Of a stretch of DNA of 64,000 nucleotides, positions 1-8,037 are shown one piece after another. This DNA comes from an uncultured bacterium (GTDB lineage Bacteria; Krumholzibacteriota; Krumholzibacteriia; JACNKJ01), in contig CAZVHI010000005.1 of assembly GCA_964627205.1 (NCBI GenBank), positions 46,595 to 110,594 on the forward strand, given 5' to 3'. The notes beneath the pieces are model-generated. The model did not search any database and was not told the origin of the DNA. It saw nothing but the letters and a program-made list of their open reading frames with translations. Positions within the stretch are counted from its first letter, which is position 1; every line of letters begins with the position of its first letter. Both the position numbers and the translations under genes were made by a program.

Positions 1-592
1 GCCACACCTTCTCCGGCCAGGCGGCGCCGGGAGCGATGCCGATGGGCCTATCCTCGGCCGAGATGCCCAGTGCCGTCAGCTCGGCGTCCACGGCCGCGCG
101 CAGCTCGTCCGCGATGGGGTAGGGTCGCGCGGGGGCGGCCCGGTAGCCTCGGCCCAGGGCCCGGGCCACGGCAGCGCGCTGCCGTTCCCGCACGGGATCG
201 AGCGCGCGGCGTGTGCGCAGCGCTCCGGGCAGCCAGCGGCGTGACAGCATGAGCCGGCGGCGCAGGTCCTCGCGCTCGGTCTTCACCCAGCGGGGACGGC
301 CGCGCAGGAGGCTTCGCAGCAGGCGGCTGCGCAGGTTGTCGTGCAGGTCGAGGACGAGATCGAAGCGCTGGTCGCTCAGCTTGGCCGCGATCTCCCTCAG
401 CTCGCCGAGCCCCGCGCCGCGGGGCAGGGTCCAGAGCCGCGTCAGCTCGGGCAGGGGCGCCAGGAGTTCGTGGTACTCCTCGAGCAGGAGGAAGTGCAGT
501 TCGCCGTTTGAGCCGGCGGAAAGGTCCCGGACGGCGGGGAGGGTCAGCAAGAGATCGCCGAGCGAGCCGAAGCGAATGACCAGGATCTTCAT
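1..592 (-). CDS. Glycosyltransferase family 9 (ADP-heptose:LPS heptosyltransferase-like). Partial: the N-terminal ~197 aa lie in the window and the 3' end runs off the window start.
   Basis: Reverse-strand translation from ATG at 592 gives MKILVIRFGSLGDLLLTLPAVRDL...RPIGIAPGAAWPEKVW, the typical GT9 heptosyltransferase N-terminus. The ORF-track entry 48..788(-) is a different frame and is Arg-rich junk. Confidence 0.7.
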   Translation of the reverse strand, partial: MKILVIRFGSLGDLLLTLPAVRDLSAGSNGELHFLLLEEYHELLAPLPELTRLWTLPRGAGLGELREIAAKLSDQRFDLVLDLHDNLRSRLLRSLLRGRPRWVKTEREDLRRRLMLSRRWLPGALRTRRALDPVRERQRAAVARALGRGYRAAPARPYPIADELRAAVDAELTALGISAEDRPIGIAPGAAWPEKVW

Positions 593-707
593 GGCGGAAG
601 CGGATGCCTATCGTGGAGAGAGATCCGGCAGTGTAGGCGCCCGCCGGGGCCCCGTCAAGCCGGCGCGGCCTTGACAGGATCGGCCCCGGAGGGGAAGCTA
701 CATCGCG

Positions 708-1718
708 ATGCGTGAACGAACAGCAAACACGAATTCGGGGCAGGGGGAAGTCGCGACGAGGATCGTCGCGCACGATCTCCGCCACCATCTCGCACTCCTC
801 GCCTGCGACCTCGGTCTGACACGCGAGCGCCTGCGGCGGAGGGAGCGGCCCGTGGCCGAGCTCTACCCGCCCCTGCTGCTGCGGCTCGCGGCCGGACTCG
901 TGCAGGCGGATGAGCTGCTGGCGGGCCGGCGGCCGGTGTCTCTCCGCGAGCGCGACTCCGGCGATTTCACCCCCCTGCTCCGGGAGCTCTGGCAGCGCTT
1001 CCTAGACGCGGGACGCCTTCGCCCCGAGAGCAGCGAACTGCACCTGACTGGTCCCCTGCGCTGGCCCGGCGAGCCCGTGCAGCACCATTCGCTGCTCCTT
1101 AACCTGCTGACGAACGCCTGCGAAGCGGCGCCGGACGGACCCGTTCTCCTGACGGCGGATCCAACCGGGCTGCGAGTGGAGAACGGCGGCCGGGGTCTGA
1201 CTCCGGAGCTGGTCGATCAACTGAACCACGGCCGCGCGCCCGCCCCCGCGAGCGGGCGGGGCCAGGGGCTCGGGCTGATCCTGCGCGGCGCCTCCGAGCT
1301 GGGCCTGCGTCTGCAGGTCGAGACCGGCGCGTCGCGGACACGCTTCGTCCTCGCGCGCGAGGATCCGGATGCACCAGCCCTTCTCCTCGTGGAGGACGAC
1401 GACGAGCTCCGCGTCATGTTGACCGAGCTCTTCCGCAGGGAGGGCTGGCGCGTCGAGGAGAGACGCGGGGACGAGGAGACCGAGCCCCGCGCCGGCGCCT
1501 ACCGGGTCGTCGTCGCCGACCTGAACCTGCCGGCCCAGGGCGGCGACCACTTCCTGTCCGCGTGGAAGCGTGTCGATCCCGCGGCCCACACGCTCCTGCT
1601 CACCGGCGAGAGCGAGGCGTCCGAGCGCCGCCATGACGGAGTGGACGCGGTCGTCATCAAGCCGGGGCTGCAGCGCCTCCTCGCAATCCTGGCGACGCTG
1701 CGGGAGAGCGCGCGATGA
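708..1718 (+). CDS. Cytoplasmic hybrid sensor histidine kinase (DHp H-box + HATPase_c + C-terminal receiver domain). No sensor or TM region.
   Basis: H-box VAHDLRHHLALL near the N-terminus. HATPase motifs LLNLLTNACEAAPDG, ENGGRGL and GRGQGLGL. REC domain LLLVEDDDELRVML...VVVADLNLP...LLLTGE. The TGA overlaps the next ATG (ATGA at 1715-1718). Confidence 0.75.
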   Translation: MRERTANTNSGQGEVATRIVAHDLRHHLALLACDLGLTRERLRRRERPVAELYPPLLLRLAAGLVQADELLAGRRPVSLRERDSGDFTPLLRELWQRFLDAGRLRPESSELHLTGPLRWPGEPVQHHSLLLNLLTNACEAAPDGPVLLTADPTGLRVENGGRGLTPELVDQLNHGRAPAPASGRGQGLGLILRGASELGLRLQVETGASRTRFVLAREDPDAPALLLVEDDDELRVMLTELFRREGWRVEERRGDEETEPRAGAYRVVVADLNLPAQGGDHFLSAWKRVDPAAHTLLLTGESEASERRHDGVDAVVIKPGLQRLLAILATLRESAR

Positions 1719-2959
1719 TCCTGGACCTCAGCCTGGGTGTCGTCTGCCTGCTCCTGCTCGTCTCGTCCGCCTTCTTCTCCGGCTCCGAGACGGCCCTCTT
1801 CGCGCTCGACCCGCATCAACGCCACGCCCTCCGCAAGCGGCACGACCTCCCCGCGCGCCGTGTGGCCACCTTGCTGGGCGACCTGGGCGACCTGCTCGCC
1901 ACGGTGCTCGTCGGCAACACCTTCGTGAACATCCTTCTGGCCGTCCTGGCCACGCGACTCCTGATCCGCCACTTGGGCCCGGTCCGCGGCCCCGTGATCA
2001 GCGGTTTTGCAGTCACGGCGCTCGTCCTGCTCTTCGGCGAGATTCTGCCCAAGAGCGTGGCGGTGCGCGGCCCCCTCGGCTTCAGCCTGCGGGTCTCCGG
2101 CCTGCTCACGCGCCTCTGCGCCGCGATGCGTCCCCTGACGCACGTCCTGCTGCGCCGCAGCCGCGGACTTCTCTCGTGGCTGGAGCGGATCCTCCCCGGC
2201 GACGACCTGGACATGCAGACCGACGACATGTTCGCCCTGCTGGGCCTGGCCGTAGAGGAGGGCGGCATCGGGCAGAAGGAGCGGGAGCTGGCGCGAGGAG
2301 TGCTCGACCTGGGGCAGACGCAGGTTCAGGATGTGATGACGCCGCGGGTGGACGTCTTCCTGCTCGAGGCGGAGACCGCGGCGCGCGATGCGACCCTCCC
2401 GGTGCGCGAGGCTGGCTACTCCCTGCTGCCTCTCTACGAGGGGTCGCCCGACCACGTGGTGGGGGTCCTGTCCGCGGTCGCCCTCCTCGATCACGAAGAT
2501 GATGCGCGGCCCGTGGGATCCCTGGCGACGCCACCCCGCTTCTGCCCCGAGAGCCAGAACGCGGGCGCTCTGCTCGTCGAGCTTCTGGAGGAGGGCGAGC
2601 GCCTCGCCGTGGTTCTAGATGAGTACGGCGCCCTGGCGGGACTAACTACGCTCGAGGACCTCTACGAGCTTCTCGTGGGCGACGTCCTCGACCACCGCGA
2701 CTACATCAGTCAACGCTTCTACATGCCGGACGAGAACACGCTCGTCGCCTCGAGCCGTATGGAGCCCGAGCGCGTCGAGGAGCTGCTGGGCCTGAAGCTC
2801 GTCGGCCACGACGTGGAGACCCTGGGCGGCTACCTGATGGCGGCCCTCGGCGAGGTGCCCGAGAGGGGGCGGCGCTACGAGCTGGGCCGGGTGGCCTGGA
2901 CCGTGCTGAGCGCCAAGGGGCCCGCGCTGGGGACCGTGAAGCTGGAGCGTCTACGATGA
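1715..2959 (+). CDS. CNNM/DUF21 transmembrane domain + CBS pair + CorC_HlyC protein (TlyC/CorC family hemolysin-like divalent cation transporter).
   Basis: N-terminal 4-TM DUF21 (FFSGSETALFAL, GEILPKSVA). CBS pair (VQDVMTPRVDVF..., VLDEYGALAGLTTLEDL). C-terminal CorC_HlyC-like tail. Confidence 0.85.
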   Translation: MILDLSLGVVCLLLLVSSAFFSGSETALFALDPHQRHALRKRHDLPARRVATLLGDLGDLLATVLVGNTFVNILLAVLATRLLIRHLGPVRGPVISGFAVTALVLLFGEILPKSVAVRGPLGFSLRVSGLLTRLCAAMRPLTHVLLRRSRGLLSWLERILPGDDLDMQTDDMFALLGLAVEEGGIGQKERELARGVLDLGQTQVQDVMTPRVDVFLLEAETAARDATLPVREAGYSLLPLYEGSPDHVVGVLSAVALLDHEDDARPVGSLATPPRFCPESQNAGALLVELLEEGERLAVVLDEYGALAGLTTLEDLYELLVGDVLDHRDYISQRFYMPDENTLVASSRMEPERVEELLGLKLVGHDVETLGGYLMAALGEVPERGRRYELGRVAWTVLSAKGPALGTVKLERLR

Positions 2960-3993
2960 ACGCCTGGCTCTGGCTGCTCCTGGGCTCCCTGCTGGCCAGC
3001 GGCTTTTTCTCGGGCAGCGAGACCGCTGTCGTCTCCAGCAGCCGCCTACGGCAGCGAGCCGCCCGCGAGCGCGGCCGTCTGTTCGCGGGCCTCGCCGAGC
3101 GTCTCCACCGCCGCCCCGAACACACACTGGTCGTTCTCCTGCTCGGAACCAACCTCGCCAACGTCCTGGCCTCCATCAGCGCGCTGATGATCACCGAGAG
3201 GGGACTCCATCGCCTGGGGCTCAACCTGCCGGCATTCTGGAGCGACCTGCTCTCTTCGCTCTGGGTCGCGGCCCTGGTACTCGTGGCGGGCGAGGTCCTC
3301 CCCAAGAACCTCGGCCGTCTCTACGCCCTCCGCATCACTCGCTTCACGGCACCGCTCCTGCTCGTCCTCAGCGCGCTCCTCCGCCCGCTGTTCTGGCTCT
3401 TCGATCTGATCGGACGTCTCCTGCGTTTCCTGACCGGCCGCGGCTTCGGCAGACAGCAGGCCGGCGTGTCCTGGGAGACGGTGCGCCTGCACCTCGATGC
3501 CGGGCGCGCGCAGGGCGTGGTGGGCGAGCGTGAGGACCTGCTCATACGTCGCGTCGCCCTGCTCAACCGCCTGACGGCGGAGTCGCTGATGACGCCCCTG
3601 GCTCAGCTCGACCCCTACCCGGTCACGGGGACCCTCGCCGGTCTCCGGCGCCGCCTGGCGGAGAAGCGGGCGTCCTGGAGCTTTCTCTACGAGGGCCGGC
3701 CGGAGAATCTCGTGGGTTTGCTGCCCGCCCGTCGCCTCCTGGCCCAGCGGGAGGGGATTGCGCTGGGCAACCTGGCCACCAAGCCACGTCGCGTGCCGGC
3801 CCATCGTCCCCTCCTCGACCTCATCGACGAGCTCCAGCTCACGCGAAGCAAGCTGGCCGTGGTGACCGATCTGGCGGGACATTGCCTGGGTGCGGTCTTC
3901 CTCGAAGATCTCCTGCGGCAGCTCGTCCACTTCCGCAGAGCTGACCAGGGGACGGTGAACGGGATTCACCCCGTTCGCGTTACTGAAAAGTGA
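2956..3993 (+). CDS. Second CNNM/DUF21 + CBS-domain membrane protein. It is a paralog of the upstream gene and lacks a clear CorC_HlyC tail.
   Basis: FFSGSETAVVSS and GEVLPKNLG motifs, with CBS-like segments. The start overlaps the upstream stop (ATGA). Confidence 0.75.
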   Translation: MNAWLWLLLGSLLASGFFSGSETAVVSSSRLRQRAARERGRLFAGLAERLHRRPEHTLVVLLLGTNLANVLASISALMITERGLHRLGLNLPAFWSDLLSSLWVAALVLVAGEVLPKNLGRLYALRITRFTAPLLLVLSALLRPLFWLFDLIGRLLRFLTGRGFGRQQAGVSWETVRLHLDAGRAQGVVGEREDLLIRRVALLNRLTAESLMTPLAQLDPYPVTGTLAGLRRRLAEKRASWSFLYEGRPENLVGLLPARRLLAQREGIALGNLATKPRRVPAHRPLLDLIDELQLTRSKLAVVTDLAGHCLGAVFLEDLLRQLVHFRRADQGTVNGIHPVRVTEK

Positions 3994-4043
3994 GTAGTGT
4001 TTACCGGAATCACCAAGCGCAAATTAGAGATAGCGAAAATATC

Positions 4044-4072
4044 TTGCAGAAATCGCTCATATCTCGTATTTT
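4044..4072 (+). promoter_or_regulatory. Putative sigma70-like promoter (TTGCAG-17-TATTTT) in an AT-rich island upstream of the XRE-cupin operon.
   Basis: The 3994-4117 region is strikingly AT-rich for this genome. It contains the hexamers and a flanking inverted pair GTGAGTA(3991)...TACTCAC(4082). Confidence 0.35.
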
Positions 4073-4117
4073 TCAGATTACTCACCTCCTCTCGAAACAT
4101 CAGCAAGGAGCCGCTTC

Positions 4118-4684
4118 ATGGAACAGCTCGGTAAGATCGAGATCGGAGAGCGGATCAAGCGTTACCGTCTCGAGAAGAAGCTGACCCTGAAGGAAATCGA
4201 AGCCCTCAGCGGCGTGTCGGCCACTCACATCTCCGAGATCGAGCGCGGCAAGTCGAGTCCCACCGTGGGTGCTCTGGCGAAGATCGCCCGAGCCATGGGG
4301 AGCGAGGCTTCCTACTTCGTCGAGGCCGACGAGCTGCCGCAGGTGAGTCTGGTGCGCCAGAACCAGAGGCGACGCTATCGTTTCATGGAGCCTCCCGTGG
4401 CGATCGAGTCTCTTTCGGGGATCGTGCCGCATTCACGCATGTCCGTCATGCTCATGGCCTGGGATACGGGCGCAGTCGCCACCGGCGAGGTGAACCGGCA
4501 CGAGGGCGAGGAGTTCATCCTCGTGCGCACCGGCATCCTCGAGGTCTACGTCGAGGACGAGCGGCACATCCTCAAGGAGGGCGACAGCCTCCACTACCAC
4601 GCCTCCAGCCCGCATCGGATCGAGAACATCGGAGATTCGGTCTGCGAAGCGCTGGTCGTCACCGTGCCCAGCTTCAAGATCTAG
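4118..4684 (+). CDS. XRE-family HTH + C-terminal cupin transcriptional regulator.
   Basis: HTH segment LTLKEIEALSGVSATHISEIERGKSSPT. The cupin domain ends ...GDSLHYHASSPHRIENIG. RBS AAGGAG is upstream. Confidence 0.85.
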   Translation: MEQLGKIEIGERIKRYRLEKKLTLKEIEALSGVSATHISEIERGKSSPTVGALAKIARAMGSEASYFVEADELPQVSLVRQNQRRRYRFMEPPVAIESLSGIVPHSRMSVMLMAWDTGAVATGEVNRHEGEEFILVRTGILEVYVEDERHILKEGDSLHYHASSPHRIENIGDSVCEALVVTVPSFKI

Positions 4685-4694
4685 GAGGGGAGCG

Positions 4695-5264
4695 ATGGAG
4701 ATCCAAGAACTCGGCGCGCGCATCAAACGGATTCGGAAAGCGCGCAGCCTCACACTCAAGGACATCGAGGCCCGCAGCCATGTCTCCGCCACGCACATCT
4801 CCGAGATCGAGCGCGGCAAGACCAGTCCCACGATCGGCGCCCTGGCCCGCATCGCGACCGCACTGGGCAAGGACACGGCTTTCTTCCTCGAGACCCAGAA
4901 CCTGGACGACGTCAGCAGGATCAAGTACGAGGATCGCGAACGCATCCCCTTCAAGACCACAAAGGGCTACTATCAGCCCCTGACCCACGGCATCCCCGGC
5001 GGGCGTCTGCAGGCCTATCGCCTGCACATCGAGCCGGGCGGTATGGTGCAGTACAGCCATCCTGCCCAGGAAGGGGAAGCCACGGTCTACATCGAGCAAG
5101 GCGAGGTGCTGTTCTCCGTGGAGGAGGAGCATCACAACATGAGCGCCGGCGACAGCATGCACTTCACGGAGATCTTCGCCCCGCGCATCGAGAATCCGTC
5201 CAAGAGCGAACCTGCCGATCTGACTCTGGTCAGCACGAGGCGGCACAGCCTCGACGAACTCTAG
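4695..5264 (+). CDS. XRE-family HTH + cupin transcriptional regulator (tandem paralog).
   Basis: LTLKDIEARSHVSATHISEIERGKTSPT is near-identical to the upstream gene's HTH. Cupin domain GDSMHF. RBS GGAGGGGAG. Confidence 0.85.
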   Translation: MEIQELGARIKRIRKARSLTLKDIEARSHVSATHISEIERGKTSPTIGALARIATALGKDTAFFLETQNLDDVSRIKYEDRERIPFKTTKGYYQPLTHGIPGGRLQAYRLHIEPGGMVQYSHPAQEGEATVYIEQGEVLFSVEEEHHNMSAGDSMHFTEIFAPRIENPSKSEPADLTLVSTRRHSLDEL

Positions 5265-5272
5265 GAGGCCAC

Positions 5273-5635
5273 GTGGGTAGCAGAGCCGAGCCCGATATCG
5301 TCTTTCTCAGCTTGCTGCTGAATCTGCAGGGCGCCGCCCTGCAGCAGATGGGCAAGATGGCCAGCCCGCTCACCGGCGAGGTGGAACGGAATCTCGCGAT
5401 GGCGAAGCAGTCCATCGACCTGCTCGAATGCCTGGACAGAAAGACCAAGGGGAACCTGAGCGAAGACGAGGAGAAGACCTTCCAGGAGATCCTCACCCAC
5501 CTGCGGCTGAATTACGTCGCCGAGCTCCAGCAGGAGCAGCAAGAGGGCGGGGAAACGGGCGAGGGGGACGAGGACGCGGAGAAGGAGACGAGCTCCGGCG
5601 GCGATAGCGAGGACGCTGCCACCGCGGGGGACTGA
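5273..5635 (+). CDS. DUF1844-like small acidic protein.
   Basis: FLSLLLNLQGAALQQMG...NLAMAKQSIDLLECLDRKTKGNLSEDEEK matches the DUF1844 pattern. The C-terminus is acidic. GTG start after AGGAGG. Confidence 0.6.
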   Translation: MGSRAEPDIVFLSLLLNLQGAALQQMGKMASPLTGEVERNLAMAKQSIDLLECLDRKTKGNLSEDEEKTFQEILTHLRLNYVAELQQEQQEGGETGEGDEDAEKETSSGGDSEDAATAGD

Positions 5636-6988
5636 ATGCCCCGCCGATCCTCGCTTCGCTGGGTGGGCCTGGCCCTGGCCCTGTTCCTTTCCAGCCTGAT
5701 GCACGCGCTACCCGCCGGCGCCGGCTTCGGCGGTCCCGAGGCGGGCGGGCTGCTGCACGTCCGCAGCACGGACACCGTCGGCCTGGGCACGCTGCGCAGC
5801 ACCCTTTCCCACAGCTACTACTTCCAGGACGTCGGTGAGGACAGCCGCTATCACTTTTCCCTCGGCAGGCTGGGCCTGGCCTTCGGCCTGGGGGACGTCG
5901 GCCACGTCAGCTTCGACAGCCGCGTCCTCGGTGCCATGCGCTTCGCCTCCGTCCAGGATCCGATCCTGTATGACGCGATCGGTGACTCCGACTGGACAGC
6001 AGGCCTCGGCGACAGCGAACTGGGGCTCAAGCTCGTCCTGCCCATGCCCGTGTCGCGTCTGCGTCTCGCCGCCGAGGTTGACCTGCTTCTGCCGACGGGG
6101 GACACGGAGAAGCACTTCAGCGGGGAGAGTCGCGACTACGAGCTGGTCGGCGTGATCAGCATCGACCTGCTGCGAGGCACCAACTTTGTCCCGACGCGCC
6201 TCCACCTGAACGCCGGGCTGCGCGTCAACCGCAATCCCGAGGGGCAGGGCCTGCCGCCCGCGCTCGACCCGTCCGAGTGGAGCAGTCCCTTCCCGCCCTA
6301 CTATCCAGCTCTCGAGGCGGAGGAGTTGATCGACACCCGGCGACAGAGCCTCTACGGCGCGGGGCTCGAGTTCATCGGCACTCGCACACGGCTCTACGGC
6401 GAGTTGACGGTGGAGACGCTCTATCATCTCACCGACCGCTACGCCACGCGGGAGAATCTCTGGCAGCTCGGCCTGGGCTTCCGGACGCGCGGGCCCTGGC
6501 GCCTCGAGCTCTTCGGCGCCTTCGACATCAACCTCTCCCACGACGACTTCGACACCGAGTTCGAGCCGCACTACCCGCGTCTCGTGACGACGGTCGGACT
6601 GAACCGGAGCTGGCAGGTTCTCGCGGGGGATCCGGACCGGGACGGAGTGCGCGGCGACGCCGATCTGTGCCCGGACCGGCCGGAGGACTTCGACGGTTTC
6701 GAGGACGAGGACGGCTGTCCCGATCCCGACAACGACCGCGACGGCGTGCCCGACCTGATCGACCTCGCGCCCAGCCTGCCGGAGGACTTCGACGGCTTCG
6801 AGGACGCGGACGGCCGGCCCGACCTGGACAACGACAACGACGGTATCGCCGACCGGGACGACCTCTGCCCCGACCGTCCGGAGGACTTCGACGGCATCGA
6901 AGACGAGGACGGCTGCCCCGACCGCAACGGCGGAACTGGCGAAGGCGATGCCGAGCCGCGTGGCGACGACTTGCGAGAGCAGGGCTGA
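5636..6988 (+). CDS. Secreted protein: signal peptide, N-terminal predicted beta-barrel-like domain, and C-terminal thrombospondin type-3 (TSP3) calcium-binding repeats. No OmpA C-terminal domain.
   Basis: Signal peptide MPRRSSLRWVGLALALFLSSLMHALPAGAG. Three repeats of CPDRPEDFDG[FI]EDEDGCPDxDNDxDG (DxDxDGxxD motifs). The start is adjacent to the DUF1844 stop (TGAATG). Confidence 0.7.
   Translation: MPRRSSLRWVGLALALFLSSLMHALPAGAGFGGPEAGGLLHVRSTDTVGLGTLRSTLSHSYYFQDVGEDSRYHFSLGRLGLAFGLGDVGHVSFDSRVLGAMRFASVQDPILYDAIGDSDWTAGLGDSELGLKLVLPMPVSRLRLAAEVDLLLPTGDTEKHFSGESRDYELVGVISIDLLRGTNFVPTRLHLNAGLRVNRNPEGQGLPPALDPSEWSSPFPPYYPALEAEELIDTRRQSLYGAGLEFIGTRTRLYGELTVETLYHLTDRYATRENLWQLGLGFRTRGPWRLELFGAFDINLSHDDFDTEFEPHYPRLVTTVGLNRSWQVLAGDPDRDGVRGDADLCPDRPEDFDGFEDEDGCPDPDNDRDGVPDLIDLAPSLPEDFDGFEDADGRPDLDNDNDGIADRDDLCPDRPEDFDGIEDEDGCPDRNGGTGEGDAEPRGDDLREQG
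6660..6925 (+). repeat. Three tandem ~90-99 bp direct repeats encoding the TSP3-like units.
   Basis: The unit ccggaggacttcgacggNttcgaggacgNggacggc recurs near 6680, 6779 and 6869. Confidence 0.7.
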
Positions 6989-7011
6989 CGCAGCGCTGAA
7001 TCGCGCAAGCG

Positions 7012-7887
7012 CTACGATCCCCGGCGCTCTTCCTTCTTGATTTCCTGCCAGTGGGATTCCATTTCGGGGAGGTCGGCGACCTCGAGGCTTCGACCCCCGT
7101 CGCGCAGGCGCCTCTCCATGGCTGCGAAGCGGCGCAGGAACTTCGCGTTCGCTCCGTCGGCCACCTCCTCGGCGTCCATGTCGAGCCAGCGACAGAGATT
7201 TGCGGTGACGAAGAGGAGGTCGCCCAGCTCGTCTCGGATGCGACCGCGGCTCTCGTCCCCGAGGGCGCGCCGGTAGCGGACGGACGGGCTCCCGTCGCCC
7301 GGCGGTGGCGCTTCGGGCAGGCTCTCCAGCTCCGACCAGAGCTCCGCGAGCTCCTCGCGCAGCTTGCTCAGGACGCCCCGCAGGTCGGGCCAGTCGAAAC
7401 CCACCGTGGCGGCGCGGTCCTGGTAGCGATGGCTCTTGGCGAGCGCGCCCATGCTCGCCGGCAGAGGCCGCAGCAGCCCCTCCGCTTCGCCGTTCGCGCG
7501 CCGCTCCTCGCGCTTGACCGCCTCCCACACGTCCAGCTGCGCGTCGGTGTCGCGAGGGGTGGACGCCTCGCCGCCGAAGAGGTGGGGGTGGCGGCGCCGG
7601 AGCTTCTCGTCGATGCTGCGCAGCGCCTCGCCGGGGTCGGTGCCTTGCTCGCGTGCCAGGAGCTGCAGGCCGAACAGCAGCAGATAGGCCATGTCACCGA
7701 GTTCGTTCACCATGCCTACAGTGTCGTTCTGGTCGCAGGCCTCCAGCCACTCGTGGCCCTCCTCGATGGCGAAGCGGGCGACGTCAGCGGAGCGCTGCTC
7801 GCGGTCCCAGGGGCAGCCGCCCTCGGCCAGTAGCGAATCGAGGGTGCGCCAAAGTCGCTTGAGTTCTTCTGTGGGCAGATCGGGCAT
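7012..7887 (-). CDS. mazG: Nucleoside triphosphate pyrophosphohydrolase MazG.
   Basis: CPWDREQ motif, two EExxE-type MazG repeats, and HPHLFGG. Confidence 0.85.
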   Translation of the reverse strand: MPDLPTEELKRLWRTLDSLLAEGGCPWDREQRSADVARFAIEEGHEWLEACDQNDTVGMVNELGDMAYLLLFGLQLLAREQGTDPGEALRSIDEKLRRRHPHLFGGEASTPRDTDAQLDVWEAVKREERRANGEAEGLLRPLPASMGALAKSHRYQDRAATVGFDWPDLRGVLSKLREELAELWSELESLPEAPPPGDGSPSVRYRRALGDESRGRIRDELGDLLFVTANLCRWLDMDAEEVADGANAKFLRRFAAMERRLRDGGRSLEVADLPEMESHWQEIKKEERRGS

Positions 7888-8037
7888 GGCCGGAAACTAG
7901 CACGGCTCCCCGCGCGTGGCAATCGTCCCGCCCCGCCCTTCGCGCGGTGTCCGGCGCTCCCCGCCACCGACTCCCGTTGACGGCTTTCGCCGCGGCGCGC
8001 TATGCTGATGGATCACGCCCAGCCGAGAGACGCCCGC

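Noticed and set aside
48-788. 246-aa minus-strand ORF at the window start
   Set aside because: Wrong frame. The neighbouring frame gives a clean GT9 heptosyltransferase N-terminus starting at 592.
5708-7528. 606-aa minus-strand ORF spanning the TSP3 protein and mazG region
   Set aside because: It runs antisense to the TSP3 gene and in a wrong frame through mazG. The Arg/Gly/Ala-rich translation is junk. It would also cross a convergent gene boundary.
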